A DNA stretch of 64,000 nucleotides from Monocercomonoides exilis PA203 (GCA_001643675.2 LSRY02000023.1:992001-1056000), one strand, 5' to 3'; numbered from the stretch's first letter, positions 44,901 through 56,600 are shown. A program made the numbers and translations. The notes: a model not told the origin generated them from the letters alone.

Positions 44901-47671
44901 AAGGTCAATTCATCTCTCATCTGAATCATTCCATTCACAACAACTTTCTTTTCTCCTGTTGGCCTTGTGAGTGAATGTTTCATTGTCAAACAAGGGAATT
45001 GGACAATTCCACAATGGGAATGGTCAGATGCCTCGACGTTGCTCACATGAATTTCTTCTGGGGTGGGGAGGAGATAGATGCACAGAGGAATGGCTACACT
45101 GTTGTTTCCATTGTCGTATCCTCTCACTTTGTCAACAGAATCCAAGGTGGCTGTCACACACGAGATCTTTTGAGGATTGGCGATTGCTTCCAGATTGGGT
45201 GAAAAGACAAAAATGTCACTTCCCCACTTGGCTGTGTTTGTGCCAAATGAGGAAGAAATCAGGATATTGGGATTTTCATTCATCAATCGAAGAAGAATTC
45301 CACCCCCGAGTCCATTCAATGCCGAGCAATAGCATCCATCAAAAGATCCGCCTTTCACTTTCACTTCATTCGCCTCTCCCACACAAAGCATCATTGATCC
45401 TCCATCAGTTGATGTTGTGCTTCCACATCCAGAAAATGAACAAGAATCCAGATCGATGTTAACCTTGTCGTTGGAAAACGACATCACAGCTGCTCCACCG
45501 GTTGTTCTCTCAATCTCATCAAAGGAACACTCAGAAAGTGCCAATGAAATTCCATTTGCTGAAGAAAGCGAAAACAACGAAGTTGAAGAGATAGTCTTTG
45601 CCAAGTTTACATTATTCATCTGAAGGATCCCATTCCGAACATTTATCAACTCTGTGGTGAATGCTGTTTGTGCCGAGTGTCCGCTTCCAGCAGATATGTT
45701 CAGCGCACTTATCCTCAGCTCTCCTGCTCCAGTTATCTCAAACAGCCTTGACCGACGATTATTTTCATGTACCGAATCATGCACAAGAACAAAGTCTCTC
45801 ACTGAAAATGTGCCTGTAGAGACTGAAAAAAGAGATAAGCTTGATTCTTCAAATTCTGAATGGATTTCTGTGCTCATATCACTTTGGCCATATATTGTGA
45901 AAGTGTTGGAACTGCAGTCCACACTCTTGGTCTCTTTTATTTTTCCTGTGAGAATCTCGATGTCAGTCACATGGTTAGGAATAAGTTGAGTCAAGCAATG
46001 GCTGATAGTGTTGCATGGATGGCTTTTATCCAAGCCACATGCATATGTGTCAATTCCTTTTTGTTTTGAATCAGTCGATGACACAAATCTGATTCTTCCA
46101 AAATCATTTCGAAGCCATTCACTTTTGTCCACAATTTTTGAATAATCCAAGCTGACTCTGTTTTCAGTTTCCCTGGTTGAATAGCAACTTGAATCAATGT
46201 TGTTTGATGTTGAATTTTTCAAAACAATATCATGACCACCAATTCTGCATGAATTGTTATGAAAGAAACAGTAATAAAACAATATTCCACAATTGTTCGA
46301 ACCAACATCCTGAAAAACAGCACCTCCTCCAAGCATTGCCATACAGTTACAGAAGAAGCAATTTGAAACGATAACTTTATCCGTTGGCTTCCAATGCTCA
46401 ATTGCTCCTCCTGTGGAAGAAGATGGATTGTTTGCTTCACAATTCAAAAATAATGAATCAATAATACAATGTTTTTGTCTTATCGTCATTGTTGGACAAA
46501 TACTGATTGCTCCTGCATCATTCCCAGTTGAACAGTTTCGAAAAGAACTACTAACAACCAGAGTTTGAGTCAAAACGTTCTCTGCCATTATTCCTCCTCC
46601 TCCGCAATCTGTTGTTCCTGCAGCCTCACATTTATAAAAGCTTGAATGAAGAACCATACACTCAGATATTTTGAAGGCATATATTCCACCGCCTCGAGTT
46701 GAAGAAGCATTGCATCTCGTGAATGAAGAATTTTCAACAGTCAGAATGGCAGTTGAATTTTCATGCACATAAAGCGCTCCTCCTTGCGGTGCCGTGCAGT
46801 CAACCCATTCGCACAATGAAAACGATTGGCTTTCTGTTGTGTCCATTCGTTCTTTTTTCTGAAAAGCATTCATTTCTCTTTTCCCAAAGTTTATTGTTGT
46901 GTTTTTGCAGATAAACTCTTGTGAAGAATAGGATCCACTCGAGATCCCTCCTTCAAAGGCATTCACACACGAATAAATGAGTGTGTTCTCCATCGAACTC
47001 AGCAAGCATGTATGTTCCATTTGGTAATCTCCGTTTTTGTCAAATTTCACAGACATGTTCCTGAAGGCACAATTAACAATCCGTTCACTATGGCTCTTTC
47101 CGAACAATAGGAAATAGTCTGACGATGAGACAACCAGATCCGAAAACATGGAATTTCTCAAAATGACGGAATTCTTGTGATCAGATGAAATCATGAGACT
47201 TCCAGAGTAAATATTCATTTGAGGAATCACACTCAAGTTTGCCATGTTGATTGATCCGCTTTGAAGATGAAAAGGAGATTCCGATATTTGGTTGGATATG
47301 CAGGAGTCCATCATCAGAGTTGAGTATTCTGTTAGAAGCACAAAAGATGATGATGAATGTTCAAGTGCCACATTTTTCAGTCCAACTGTAGAATTGTAGA
47401 ATCCCAAAAATGCATTTATGACTGTAGAAATTCCTGACTGCTGTCTTTCTGCTCCAGATAATACACTTCGCTCACACAAATTATAATCATTGTTGTTTGC
47501 AGGAAAATGCTCATCTTGTTCTATGATTCGGTTCGGATCAATGATGAAATCGTGATTATCACAATTTCTGTAAAAATCTTCATATCTTGATGAAGGAACT
47601 CCAATGAACCCTTGACCTTTGAACACGGCCACAAGAAGCAAGTGTGCAAATAAAAACATGTGCAAGCTCAT
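39917..47671 (-). CDS. 2584-aa paralogous receptor-like pseudokinase
   Basis: Uninterrupted ORF with the same architecture (DTYACG..PC, DHSHCG..PC, DVCVCG..PC, DSKQCG..PC modules); last ~670 aa almost identical to the + strand paralog. Confidence 0.9.
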   Translation of the reverse strand: MSLHMFLFAHLLLVAVFKGQGFIGVPSSRYEDFYRNCDNHDFIIDPNRIIEQDEHFPANNNDYNLCERSVLSGAERQQSGISTVINAFLGFYNSTVGLKNVALEHSSSSFVLLTEYSTLMMDSCISNQISESPFHLQSGSINMANLSVIPQMNIYSGSLMISSDHKNSVILRNSMFSDLVVSSSDYFLLFGKSHSERIVNCAFRNMSVKFDKNGDYQMEHTCLLSSMENTLIYSCVNAFEGGISSGSYSSQEFICKNTTINFGKREMNAFQKKERMDTTESQSFSLCEWVDCTAPQGGALYVHENSTAILTVENSSFTRCNASSTRGGGIYAFKISECMVLHSSFYKCEAAGTTDCGGGGIMAENVLTQTLVVSSSFRNCSTGNDAGAISICPTMTIRQKHCIIDSLFLNCEANNPSSSTGGAIEHWKPTDKVIVSNCFFCNCMAMLGGGAVFQDVGSNNCGILFYYCFFHNNSCRIGGHDIVLKNSTSNNIDSSCYSTRETENRVSLDYSKIVDKSEWLRNDFGRIRFVSSTDSKQKGIDTYACGLDKSHPCNTISHCLTQLIPNHVTDIEILTGKIKETKSVDCSSNTFTIYGQSDMSTEIHSEFEESSLSLFSVSTGTFSVRDFVLVHDSVHENNRRSRLFEITGAGELRISALNISAGSGHSAQTAFTTELINVRNGILQMNNVNLAKTISSTSLFSLSSANGISLALSECSFDEIERTTGGAAVMSFSNDKVNIDLDSCSFSGCGSTTSTDGGSMMLCVGEANEVKVKGGSFDGCYCSALNGLGGGILLRLMNENPNILISSSFGTNTAKWGSDIFVFSPNLEAIANPQKISCVTATLDSVDKVRGYDNGNNSVAIPLCIYLLPTPEEIHVSNVEASDHSHCGIVQFPCLTMKHSLTRPTGEKKVVVNGMIQMRDELTFAEQKHEIRGNDDQSCWTVADASSTSNSAMITTSIETELSKLIFSLPPSFSSHSTFVSSSSQLTLNQCSLSLQNPSLELTFLFLSVESGILTIDKFSALSIVLNGNPLISLSGSCTRDELMNTKWLNMTNCRFTEIERTDGSGGCLSIDNSDDEDSKAEINVEECDFDGCSVLAEGSRGGAIDAQLKGNIQINIISCTFTGCTAPAEERKTGFGGGMALKLIDDCSSFVISSPIFEEDKPNIAKYGNDLFVESSNLTKSITNDSLPFVSDHLADISLDSLRGFDGNDTANAIPLAYFWRAIGSEIFIGGEGCDVCVCGLSDYPCQSIDYSLDRLPEGNEKNINIIGKGVLQKSVDVSGVSLKSDDEEICSLECLSSLEGGEEAVMKTQGITNLELMKFVIPSSFTSGVNVLIHVGSSEGLLTLKDCSFTKNEESREEIMNYGLIKADGGTVKLEFVTIQSLSFSKDVISVLSTTILNVKNLTMKNVELEGASGLSISKISRREKNEAEQDIVVEWSVFEEVAQNTTDDIPIIRNVNDESLKIVMRNTTMKKCGGKRCGKGGGMFNVLNEEGNFDCSFCTISECFCSNTGRGGWMFLECTSTVEHPLNFVLSNITLKDNTALKGRDVYVRCHSIETQIADEQFLLDFRAPFVKDLAVWGCTTDSFEGEEDLLLRVVKYLSETIFVSSVSENHKDSKQCGEFSMPCQSLDVGVQHIIPSSYSQLLISKETVIVGECEAMDLIIRSLQSSSAALVHLNSTININEGSLISISETVRIEKLKFDFGQSFSYSGSSIIHEANAQLSLSSVDFSSVGQSENIESVVLNSTLLSIKNGILHIDNCSVSLLSFKKPSFLFSGKEISLTNVKLEQIDSMANVFEIVDCKEVVFNGISADGVKLSDGCVFSINEKTSGSVSVGISSFNHCSRNSEGSSVLSVSSTSAQIVLSNCSYSDCHSLSRKGSIVEIHNAKDVSISLCRFDGGLVNENENENRNEFKEMCRWNGSLVDVQSSNVGMKDTTISNSKNGGLSLSGGSVEIYDGRFENNNPSIANYGSARRNILCGGSGRLRVVSLKGGDGVLPNTSLWMLNEGCTLEGIARERASSFFIPRVESVSSEKSGEVVNVVFRGSVLLPCNLSFKTVAAVGDEEVVEKYSFDESAFISEEEVHGSVPVKTVEGVASEAEVRVCILFGSADSPSATDSFVLKNRSESKTSGDERIAEGGKKERSIWPIIVIVMAIILLIVLIISVIFIVRWRKAKNENEDLREIVNDNIKKDPKLIEMMTMEMSPEEQWRRAEREAEKKNEERIKKRVYAKSLGHSESSEHLLSESGSTEYILGRDSDKIPDWALEKVDEEEEEETRKRTPSPSISSTSTTSTTNSDSTFVRGDDLCPTTSSMSNLVDAMACSSPHEKLIVDLRDSLFMLLHGRNEKKEMAIGSLQQREQTAAQILFWVANGALHSFDEIENTLSSLANLSPHIVLFSEHMVICIVMHSDFSSDDSDSSSISSSTVVTSASDDDDDESDSLPSSAFEDEEDNRYECLRWKAPELLMNKKIGATKESVVFSIGMMLWECLTLQIPFGEYEAEMAGKKIKDGERPKMLVGCESSLGEVASKGMAQKAEERPGLEELKREFFMRFPEGAIVFTMSDAVDLVGELSKMGSTDEKKEDE

Positions 47672-50066
47672 CCCCAGAAATATATTATGGTTTCACTGAA
47701 AAAGAAAAAAATATGTGTTTCATATTTGATCAAAGTGCAAAATAAAAACATCAAATTCAGATCATGAAGAAAGAAGGAGAAATACCTGTCGTTTGAAATG
47801 TAAGGTTTGCCTTTTCACAAAATTAATTCTATTCAATGTTCCATCGATTTTTCATCGCATCCATCTTTGTCTTCGAATCCAATGCTGTTTCTTTTTTCAT
47901 TTGTTATTCCTTGTGCTCTGTCTGAATCAAGCTTCTTTTCTGTTGATGGAGGTCATTTCATCTGCATGGCTGCCGTTTCGTCAAAACTTCTGAACAGAAC
48001 AGAAAAGAAAAGAAAAGAAAAGATGAAGATTTTGACGAATCCATCGGTTGAGTGGCATTTACATAATATTCCATTCAAAAAGAGAATGAAGATTCTTCAA
48101 CGCAGCTCAGAAGAAAGAATCGATTTCATCAGATCACTTTCGTTGTTGTCAAATATTCCGTTCAATTGGGAGATAGCATTTCCTGTTTTTTCTTCACGCA
48201 AAGCTGAATGCGAAGCAGAAAGAAAGAACGCGTAAATGGAGAGCAGAGACAGACAGAGAAGATCTGATGCAATGATGCGCTCACGCTCAGATCGTTGATA
48301 GTATTCTCTCCATTTTCACTTTTTCTGAAAACAGACAATTTGAGTCAACCAAAGTGCAAAGGAGAAAGAGCAAAAAGTATGTTCTGCTGTTCAACAAGAA
48401 AAAACACACCATTCATTTGAAACGACTCAACTTCATCGTTTTGACCAGTTTTCTCAAGTTCTCTGAATCAATTTTCCTGTTCTGAAATTTTTGTTGAGAA
48501 AAAAACAGAAATTTCAATGTTTAATTGTTATGAAAAAGAAATGGAACAGAAAGATTGAACATTGGATTTTCAAGCTCGATTGTTCATTTCAAAAGAATTG
48601 ATTTCGTTGAGACATATTGAGCAGCAAAGATGCAAATCTGGAACAAGAAAATTGCAAATGCAAGCCTTTGAAATTGGCTGATGTGTTCTTGTTGATTGTT
48701 CGTGTATTGCGCGATAAATATACAGATTTGTGAAGTCACTGGGCTTTTGAAGAAAATTGAACAATCGAAAGAAGCTTTTGATTTGAACTTTCTTCGCTTT
48801 GAAAAATATATTCAAATGAATTTTTTTGTTGGAGAAGAAGAAAAATACGAAGATGCAAATTCCGGCAAATGTTCTGCGTCTGTCCTCTGCATTGAATGAC
48901 CAAAAAAATAAAAGTCAACGAGAATAAGAAGATATCATCAAATAAAGCATTGAAACCTCTTCAAAAGCCAATAAATGAAGTGACACTGAAACGGAAGAAG
49001 AGCATCGAAAATTCAAATCTTCCAAAGTTGGATGTGAAGTCCAAATAATTTAGGCAACCCAGCAAGCTTTTTGAATGTTTTTTTAGCAAGTGTCTTTATG
49101 GAGCAAGATGGAATATATTTGGTGCAATTCTTATTTTGTTGTTTTCGAAAGAACATGGGCTGAAACAGAAGCTGTTGATCCTCATCGTTCTTGCTTCGGA
49201 AGCACAACCACGAAAAGCTGTTCTTCGCTTTCAAAAATCCACAAAACGCAGGTAAATTCTTTCAAAAGGTTGGGGCAGTTATCTCACTTCCATTGAGGAA
49301 GATAACTTCTGTTTCATTGTTTGGTATTGCTTCCTTTCCTTTTCATCTCGATAAATGCCTCTTCTTCAGCACAGTTGTAATTTAATTTGTCAAAAAACAC
49401 CAGAAACTGTCCTCATGACTTATGTTCTGAAAAAAAATGCTCCGTTTGGTCTGATGTTCGATTCCAGTCGAATTCCATCTTATTTTTCTTCTTTTTTTAT
49501 AAATCTATAAGTCGATTTTGTTTTCATCTCTTGTTCCGATTGAAAATAATGAATATTGCGCAACTTCATTTATTTCCCAATGTCTATACAATAATAAGCT
49601 CCATTCACATCGTATTGCTCTACAAAGCGGAGATTGGCCATTTCAATAATTATTCGGATTCCTGGGCTTTGGAGAGGATACAGATGGAAATATCTTCACA
49701 ACAAACAGAACAATAAAAATCACATACACTACGTCTTTTTCGCTATTAACAAAATTGTTGTATTCCCCCTGGCCATCCAATTGTCAAAAATAATCTGACA
49801 AAATTTCGTCGTTGGGAATGTCTTTTCGTTCATCCATGTCGAAACAGAAAATAATATTTCAAGTCCTGTCGTTAATGTTGATTCATCAATGTCTCATTTT
49901 GTGAAGAAATATTTGAAAAATATTAATTATTCTCACAAGAAGCCATTATAATTTTTTGTTGATTCATTCCTTTCTGAAAATGTAAAAACGAATGAGGAAG
50001 GCGTGAACGCACGTATTTTCATTGCAATTCTTATTTTTATTTTTCAAATATTTCTCCTCTCCAAGC

Positions 50067-51568
50067 ATGTTCTCGTTCAACGTGAACGTCCAAATGGTGC
50101 AGTTTTCAGAATACAAAGCTCGTCAGAAAATGCAGGCGAAAGATGGCACCCAAAAATTAATGAGTTTGCATTCATTGCTGCATTCGAATTCTTGCTGGTT
50201 GCATTTCTGTTTTTAAGATTTTTGTGATTATTTTTGTTCAGGGTCGTTTTCTGAAGTTGAACGGAGCAATGAGGAAGAGCAAAAAGCGAAAATTGAAGAA
50301 ATGAATGGGGTGATAGAAGAGATGAGCAAAGAGGAATTCTATTCCGTCTTCTCAGAAGACATGTTCAACAACATCAACAAAATGATGAAAAGAAAGAGAA
50401 TTAACGTTGAGAATGCGTGTTTGCAGCTGCTGAAGCACATTGGACATTTCAAAGTGCTGAAATGTGCGTTGATCCATGACTTTGCAGAATGCACTTTGAA
50501 TGGAAGACTTGAAACGATGATATCTGAAGAAGAAGAGAAGAAAGAAGAAAAAGACGAAAGGCTTCTTGTTGATGCTTGCGAAAGCTATCTTTTGCTGAAC
50601 GACAGATTCAATTCGTATTTGGTGTTGATTTGTATGCCTTGTCTTCTGAAGGCTGCATTGAACAAGAAGGAGAACGGGGAGACGCAAAAAGAGGTGGAAA
50701 TGGCATTGTTGGCTTTGAGCTACATTCACGAAAGATTTGTTTGAGAATCTCCTTTTTGTTTTTTTATTACATGATAGAAATTTTTTTCAACTTTTTTTTT
50801 TTTAATTTTTATTTTTGTTTGTTAAAGGAAATCCCAGAAGAATTGTTCTTCGACGAGATCAAAGAAATTGTGGAATACCATCATGAGCACCACAACCTCA
50901 CTCATCTTGCGTATGTTTCAGCTTGGAAATTTGCGATACGCAGATTGCGTTTCAATGAAAATTTGTACGATGCTGTTGCGAATGAACAGCATTTTGCGAA
51001 AGCAACAGGGAGAGAGCTGGAAGAGCTGGCAAAATGTGTGGATTGGACAGGCAAAAAGGAGAAAAAGGAAAGAGAAGAAGACTTTCTTTTGATGAGATGG
51101 CTAAAACGTTTGGGGATTTCTTTGGGAAATGCAAATTGTAGAATGAAGAGTATTACGGGGTTTGGGGGGGGGGGGGGGGCATTGTTGAAATATTCCGAGT
51201 TGGAAAGGAGAAATACCGAGAAATTTGGATGTGCAGCGAGGAACAGAAAATTTGAAGTTGATATGTTGATGAAAGGCGGAGCTCTTGATCTCATTTTGGA
51301 GGAGATTCAGGGGCTGACGTTGGATGACTATTTTTTGGAGAGCTATATGAAATGCCTTTTGGACATTTCGAGGCGATTGAAATTGAAGGATGATGACGAA
51401 GCTTGGGAAGCGAAAAGAAAGGCAACCATGATGGAGATACACGAAAAGCTGGAAGAAGAAGGATACGAAGATATCATCACATACTTTCATAAAAGATTGG
51501 ATTTTCTGAACAGAAACTATTTCAAAGAATTATCGTTGAATATTTCAGATTATTTTGTGAATTTTTGA
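50067..51568 (+). CDS. Spliced gene (or young pseudogene) of a multicopy helical/ARM-like repeat family; exons 50067-50163, 50242-50738, 50828-51568
   Basis: GT-AG T-rich introns 50164-50241 and 50739-50827 join ORFs 50022, 50301 and 50576 in frame; two homologues elsewhere in the window. Fold assignment is inference. Confidence 0.7.
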
Positions 51569-51613
51569 GGAAACACTTTGAATTTTGTCACTCATAATCT
51601 TTTCTTTTTCTTT

Positions 51614-51658
51614 TTCTATTTCTATTTCTATTTCTATTTCTATTTCTATTTCTATTTC
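51614..51658. repeat. (TCTATT)n microsatellite
   Basis: About 7 tandem units visible. Confidence 0.9.
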
Positions 51659-53699
51659 TTTTTTCTTTTTTCTCATTTCACAAAATCTAAAACAAGCAAT
51701 CATTTGAGGATAATTTTCTTTTTCTCTTTTTTCTTTTCAAGAATTTTCTTTGAATGAACCGAAAAACAATTGATGTTTTTACAAAATAAAAACTTATAAA
51801 GAAACAACTTGTCCTTTTTTTTTCTTTCAAATTTCACTCAAAGAAATGATTGAGCATTATTCATTGAGTTGAAATGAAAAAAAAAGTATACTCAAAAGAA
51901 TAAACAAATGACCAACATAAAAGTTATAAACATCCAAAAACTTGAAAAACTGTGTTGCTCCAGATTATTCGAAAATCCAAATTTTCCTGACAAAAATATG
52001 AAGAATAATGTGCAATCTCCATTTAAACAAAAGAAAATTGGCTCATGAAGTAATGACGGTTTGTCAGAAGAAACGTAAAAATGTGCTTTTGGAAATATCT
52101 CTGGTATTTGAAAAATAGTAATTACACCAAAAATTATTCAAAATCGAAAAACTTTCAACCAAAGTCGAAAAACTTTCAAACGAAATCGAAAATTATTATT
52201 CAAAGTCGGAAAACTTTCATTCAAAGTCGAAAATTATTATTCAAAGTCGAAAAAGTTGCAAACGAAATCGAAAAATTTTCAATCGAAATCGAAAAACTTT
52301 CAAGCAAAGTCGAAAGTTCGAAAAACTTCAAATTTTCAAAAAGATGACAAAAATCAATAAAAGTCAAACAAACATTGTGATTGTTAAAATATCAATGATA
52401 TTTGTTATTTTAATGATTTTTCATGTTTTTTCCGAAATTTTTCTTTGCTTTCTTTTGTCCAATTACAAAATTTATAAATATGAGAGAAATACTGACACAT
52501 TTTGATCTTATTTCAATTGAAAGAACACTGCTTTTCAAAAGATTTGTAAAAAATAATTACCCATATTTTTTCTCAATTAATGAAGAATGATGCACGCAAT
52601 ATTGGCTCTCTAATTTCGCGTTTTTCATATCAAAAAACTCATTTCTAATGGAAGGCAACAAATGTTATAGCTTTTGTTTATTGTTTATAACTGAGTTTAT
52701 TTTGGTTCGAAATCTTCAAAATTTGCAGAAATCAGCAACGCAAACATTGCAGATAATATTTCCGAAAACAAAAGAATATTATTTTTCTATTGTGGAATAC
52801 TTTTTATTAAACGGTTATTTTTTTGTGAAATTTTCGATTTGGGTAAATTTTTTTGAAAAGTTCCTCGAGTTTAATTCTATCCCACAAAAGATCACATTTG
52901 ATCAAAAAATGTTGATCATTCCGTTCCCATTATTGTTTTATTAATATTTCATATTGTCATTTTCTGAGTTTATTATTGAAAAATAAGATACAAGTTTGTT
53001 GATATCATATGAGATGTAAACTCTCGTTTCATATTTGATATTAAAAACAATCATTTTGTTGTTATTTGGAACATTCAAATGTTTTTGTTAATATTTGCCT
53101 TTTTCATTACATTAGTTTGAATATACATCTTGCTTTTTTGGATAATTACTCTTTTTTAATATCCTTGGTTGTTAGAAATTTTATAGAAAAAATTTGCTTG
53201 ATTTGGAATGGTTTTTTTTTTGAAATTTATGAACAAAAAAGACTTGACATTTCACATCTCAAAACATGTGAATGATGTTCATTCAGTTGTTTGCAAAGGA
53301 CAGTTTTTGATATGAAAATTATAATATATATAAATATGAATAACCAGCAAGTTAATAATTTAAAAACCTTGGAATTGTGAAAACAAGAAAAGAACACATT
53401 TTTCACTCGTTGAATCAAATCATGAATTGCATTCATATTCACTTTCGTTTCCATATTTATCTGACTTTTCAAAATACTTTTCTTCTTTCTTAAACGTGAT
53501 GTCCGTAGAAAGCATTCTCTATCTTTTTCCAACACTCGAAAATTGTGAGATTTTCTTTTCATGTTAATTTCACTGGAATGAAATACGAAGTTGTTACAGC
53601 TCCACCAATAAATATGCCCGAAAATGTGATTGAATTGACCAAAATTCTTCTTTTAGCAAACGAAAATCAGAAATTATCTCTTTGCTCTTCTTTAACTTC

Positions 53700-56600
53700 A
53701 TTTTCATCTTTTTCAGTACATGGAGTGAGGAAGTGAGCATTCAGATCTTTTCACAAAAGATGCGTATGCATTCATGCCAACAACTATCTGATTTATCCTT
53801 CGTTGATGCTATCTGTGATAATACTGTTGGTGTTGCGATCTCCGCTGTTAAGGCTTGCGATGGTGAAGATGAATGACGAAACGATGGGTCGAGGGGTTGT
53901 AGTGTGTGAAGCGGAGGAGATCATGGAGAAGGGGCTGAGGATGGATGATGTGGTTCTGTCGCCTGCGGCTATTGAGCTGGTGGTGCTGGAGGAGCGAAAA
54001 GAGTAAGAGGAAGGAAGAGAAGAAAAGAAGGAGAGTTACAAGATTGTGAAGCAGGAGATGAAGACGAGGTGTTCAGTATTCGCATGCTGTTGCAAAATAT
54101 CCAAGATGACAAGCGGATATAGAAGCCGAATAGCGCTCTAGCAGAGCTGATGTAGGAGAATGACAAAATCAATATGATGCTGGAGAAGAAGATTCTAAAG
54201 TTGACCGAGAAGAACTTCACAGAGTTGAAGAAGCTGCAGGAACAGCTGCTGGAGACGCAGGATAAGACTGAATTTATTGATGAAAGGATAGAGAAAGAGA
54301 AAAAGTGCAAGACGCAGTTGTGTGTAGTGGTAAGTGTGGATAGCAATCTGTTGCCAGAGGGTCGGGTGTGTCGCTTGCCAAAACTTCATCGTTGGCCTCA
54401 GCAGGTCGCGGAATAGTTCTGTCTTCGGCTTTATTGATTCTGCCTTCAGGGCTGCATGAAAAGTTGTAGGAGAAGTTAATAGAGATCATCAAAAATGGAA
54501 GTGCTGCGATGCTTGGGCAAGATCCGAACAGGAAGGTTGTTACTGTGAAAGTCGGGAGCGAGATGAGTGTTGCATGAGAAGAAGACAGAGGTCGGGCTGA
54601 GAGTGCAGGAGGAAGTGGTGGAGGAGGCGAATGAGGAGTGGATGCAACAGTGCAGGAGAAAATGAACAAGATGGAGAAGGAAATGAAGATGCGGACAGTG
54701 ATGATGAAAGTGCAGGAGCAGACGATAAGCGAGCAGAAGGTGATGTTCAATAATGTGACTGAAAAGCTAAAGACGGGGCTAATACAAAGCGAGAAAAAGC
54801 AGAAGAAAATGAAGGTGTTATACGAAGAAATTGTGGAGAGGTAGGTTAAGCAGGCTAAGGAGCTGGAGGAGCAGGTTTTGCGGGGGGAGATTGGCGGTGG
54901 CAGGGAAGGAAGGGCAGAGGAGAAACGGGGGAGAAGGAAAGTTGGGGCAGGGAGGAGGAGGAGGAGGAGCAGCAGAAGCGGAGGGGGAGAATATAAGGAG
55001 GCATAGGAGGGGGAAAAGGCAGAAGAAAGAGATGCGGGTGCGGTGTATGGGATTCAGCTGTCGCTGCATGAGGATGCGAAGAGAGAGCGGGAAGACTGGA
55101 TGCCAACTGGGGCAGAGGAAGGGGCAGGGAAGGCGACTGTTGCGCAGCGGCTGAACATGCTTCTTGAGCAGACGACAGACAGCCGAGACCGGGAAGAGTC
55201 GGAGTGGCCAGTGTCTTCGTGTGGTGGAACGGGGGCAGGGCAGCCTGGGGAAGGTGGGGTGTCTTTGCCGGTGGGGCCGACAGCGATGGAGCGGCTGATG
55301 AGCGCAGTGTCGGGGTCGCTGGGGCAGGTGGCGTACGAAACGGCGCATGTGCATTGGATGCCGCACATATATAAGTTGCATATTCCGATTCAGCTGAGTC
55401 AGCAGTTTCCAAAGACAGGACTTAAGCAGAAGCAGGCGTGGACGCTGTCGAAGATTCAGGGGGTATATGGAGACAAGATATTGGCAGATTTGAGCGACTA
55501 CAGAGCTTGCCGGGAAGGTGTGGTGCTTTCAATACAGGCCAAGAAGACTTTGAGAATATGTGATCGTGGGAGAAGTGCTCGGAGATATAGAAGAAAAATG
55601 TTGTGCTGATGGCAATGATCTGCTTGATGTAACTATTCCGAAAGGAATTTGCGGAGGTGCGGCTGTTAGGAAGCATGTTCCGCAGGAGTTTTCCGAAGGC
55701 GAGCTGTCGTTCTTCCTGTACTGCTACACGGTTCTGTTTGAAAGCATTAAGACGTGGCAAGCTGTGGAAAAAACGAAAACTTCCTGATGGTATTGTTCAA
55801 GGTGTATTAGAATGCATCAGCACGGTGCTTGAAGTGCCGTCGGAGAATAAGATCAAGATGTCTTTTGGGGAGTTTGATGGGGTGAAGTCGGAGAATGGGG
55901 AGTTCGACGCATCTGTGTTTCTTGGATAGCTGTTGAATTACTACCGGGCAGAGGCAGTGAAGCGGAAGGAGGAGATGAAGAAGCTGCATGGTGTGATATG
56001 CAGTTGCGATATATTGACTTTATCATCAGGCACAGTGTTCAGAGAGATCACGTACTCTGAGCTGGAGTCTCTTCTGCGTGCGCGCTATCCGCAGATGCAA
56101 CAGGCGCTGTCGCAACAATCCTTCTGAGATGCATCCCATCTGTCGAGGTGCTTTCTGCCATCGTTTGCGTCTGTGCTGGAGGCGTGCTAGCCTAACAACT
56201 TCATTGCGCTATTCCTGCGACTGCAAGACATGCTTGTTTCAACCGATAGACAAGTGTTTCTATCACCTTTATAGAACAGTGCAGCTGCGGAGACGGTGAA
56301 ATGGCACCTTGTGCTGCTGAAGCCTGCACTGTACGACCTTTGTATGTGCTTTCGGAGCTATCTGCAGGGATAGGGTTGAAGCTGTGCGCGAACGCTGTAT
56401 AGTAGGCGGTGGGGAAGAAAGAATGGCGGAGGGCGCTGTTTCGAATGGCGCGGCTGCTGGTGGAGCTGGTGGGGCTGCAGCTGGGGAGGAACGAGGTGGG
56501 AGTTTTATTTTCTTTGGTCCGCTTCCGCTGGGCATGTAGTGCGTGGTGAAGATTCATGAGGCAATAATGTTGTTGAAGGAGGGATAAGAAGGCTATGCCT
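53700..56600 (+). pseudogene. Decayed coiled-coil-rich gene captured in E1 (unidentified)
   Basis: GC-rich coding-like island with successive fragments (54174, 54638, 55043, 55560, 55933) separated by stops and frameshifts. Confidence 0.55.

Noticed and set aside
30547-46914. Many antisense and alternate-frame ORFs (up to 370 aa) over the receptor genes
   Set aside because: Shadows of biased codon usage on the opposite strand; their duplication just reflects the palindrome.
48500-49900. Possible decayed minus-strand gene
   Set aside because: Composition is coding-like, but I could not reconstruct a consistent frame or motif.
53900-55000. In-frame TAG/TAA at Gln-compatible positions, suggesting UAR=Gln recoding as known in some oxymonads
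   Set aside because: In-frame TGA and frameshifts occur in the same segments, and the three long genes contain no internal TAR codons; ordinary C-to-T decay explains it.
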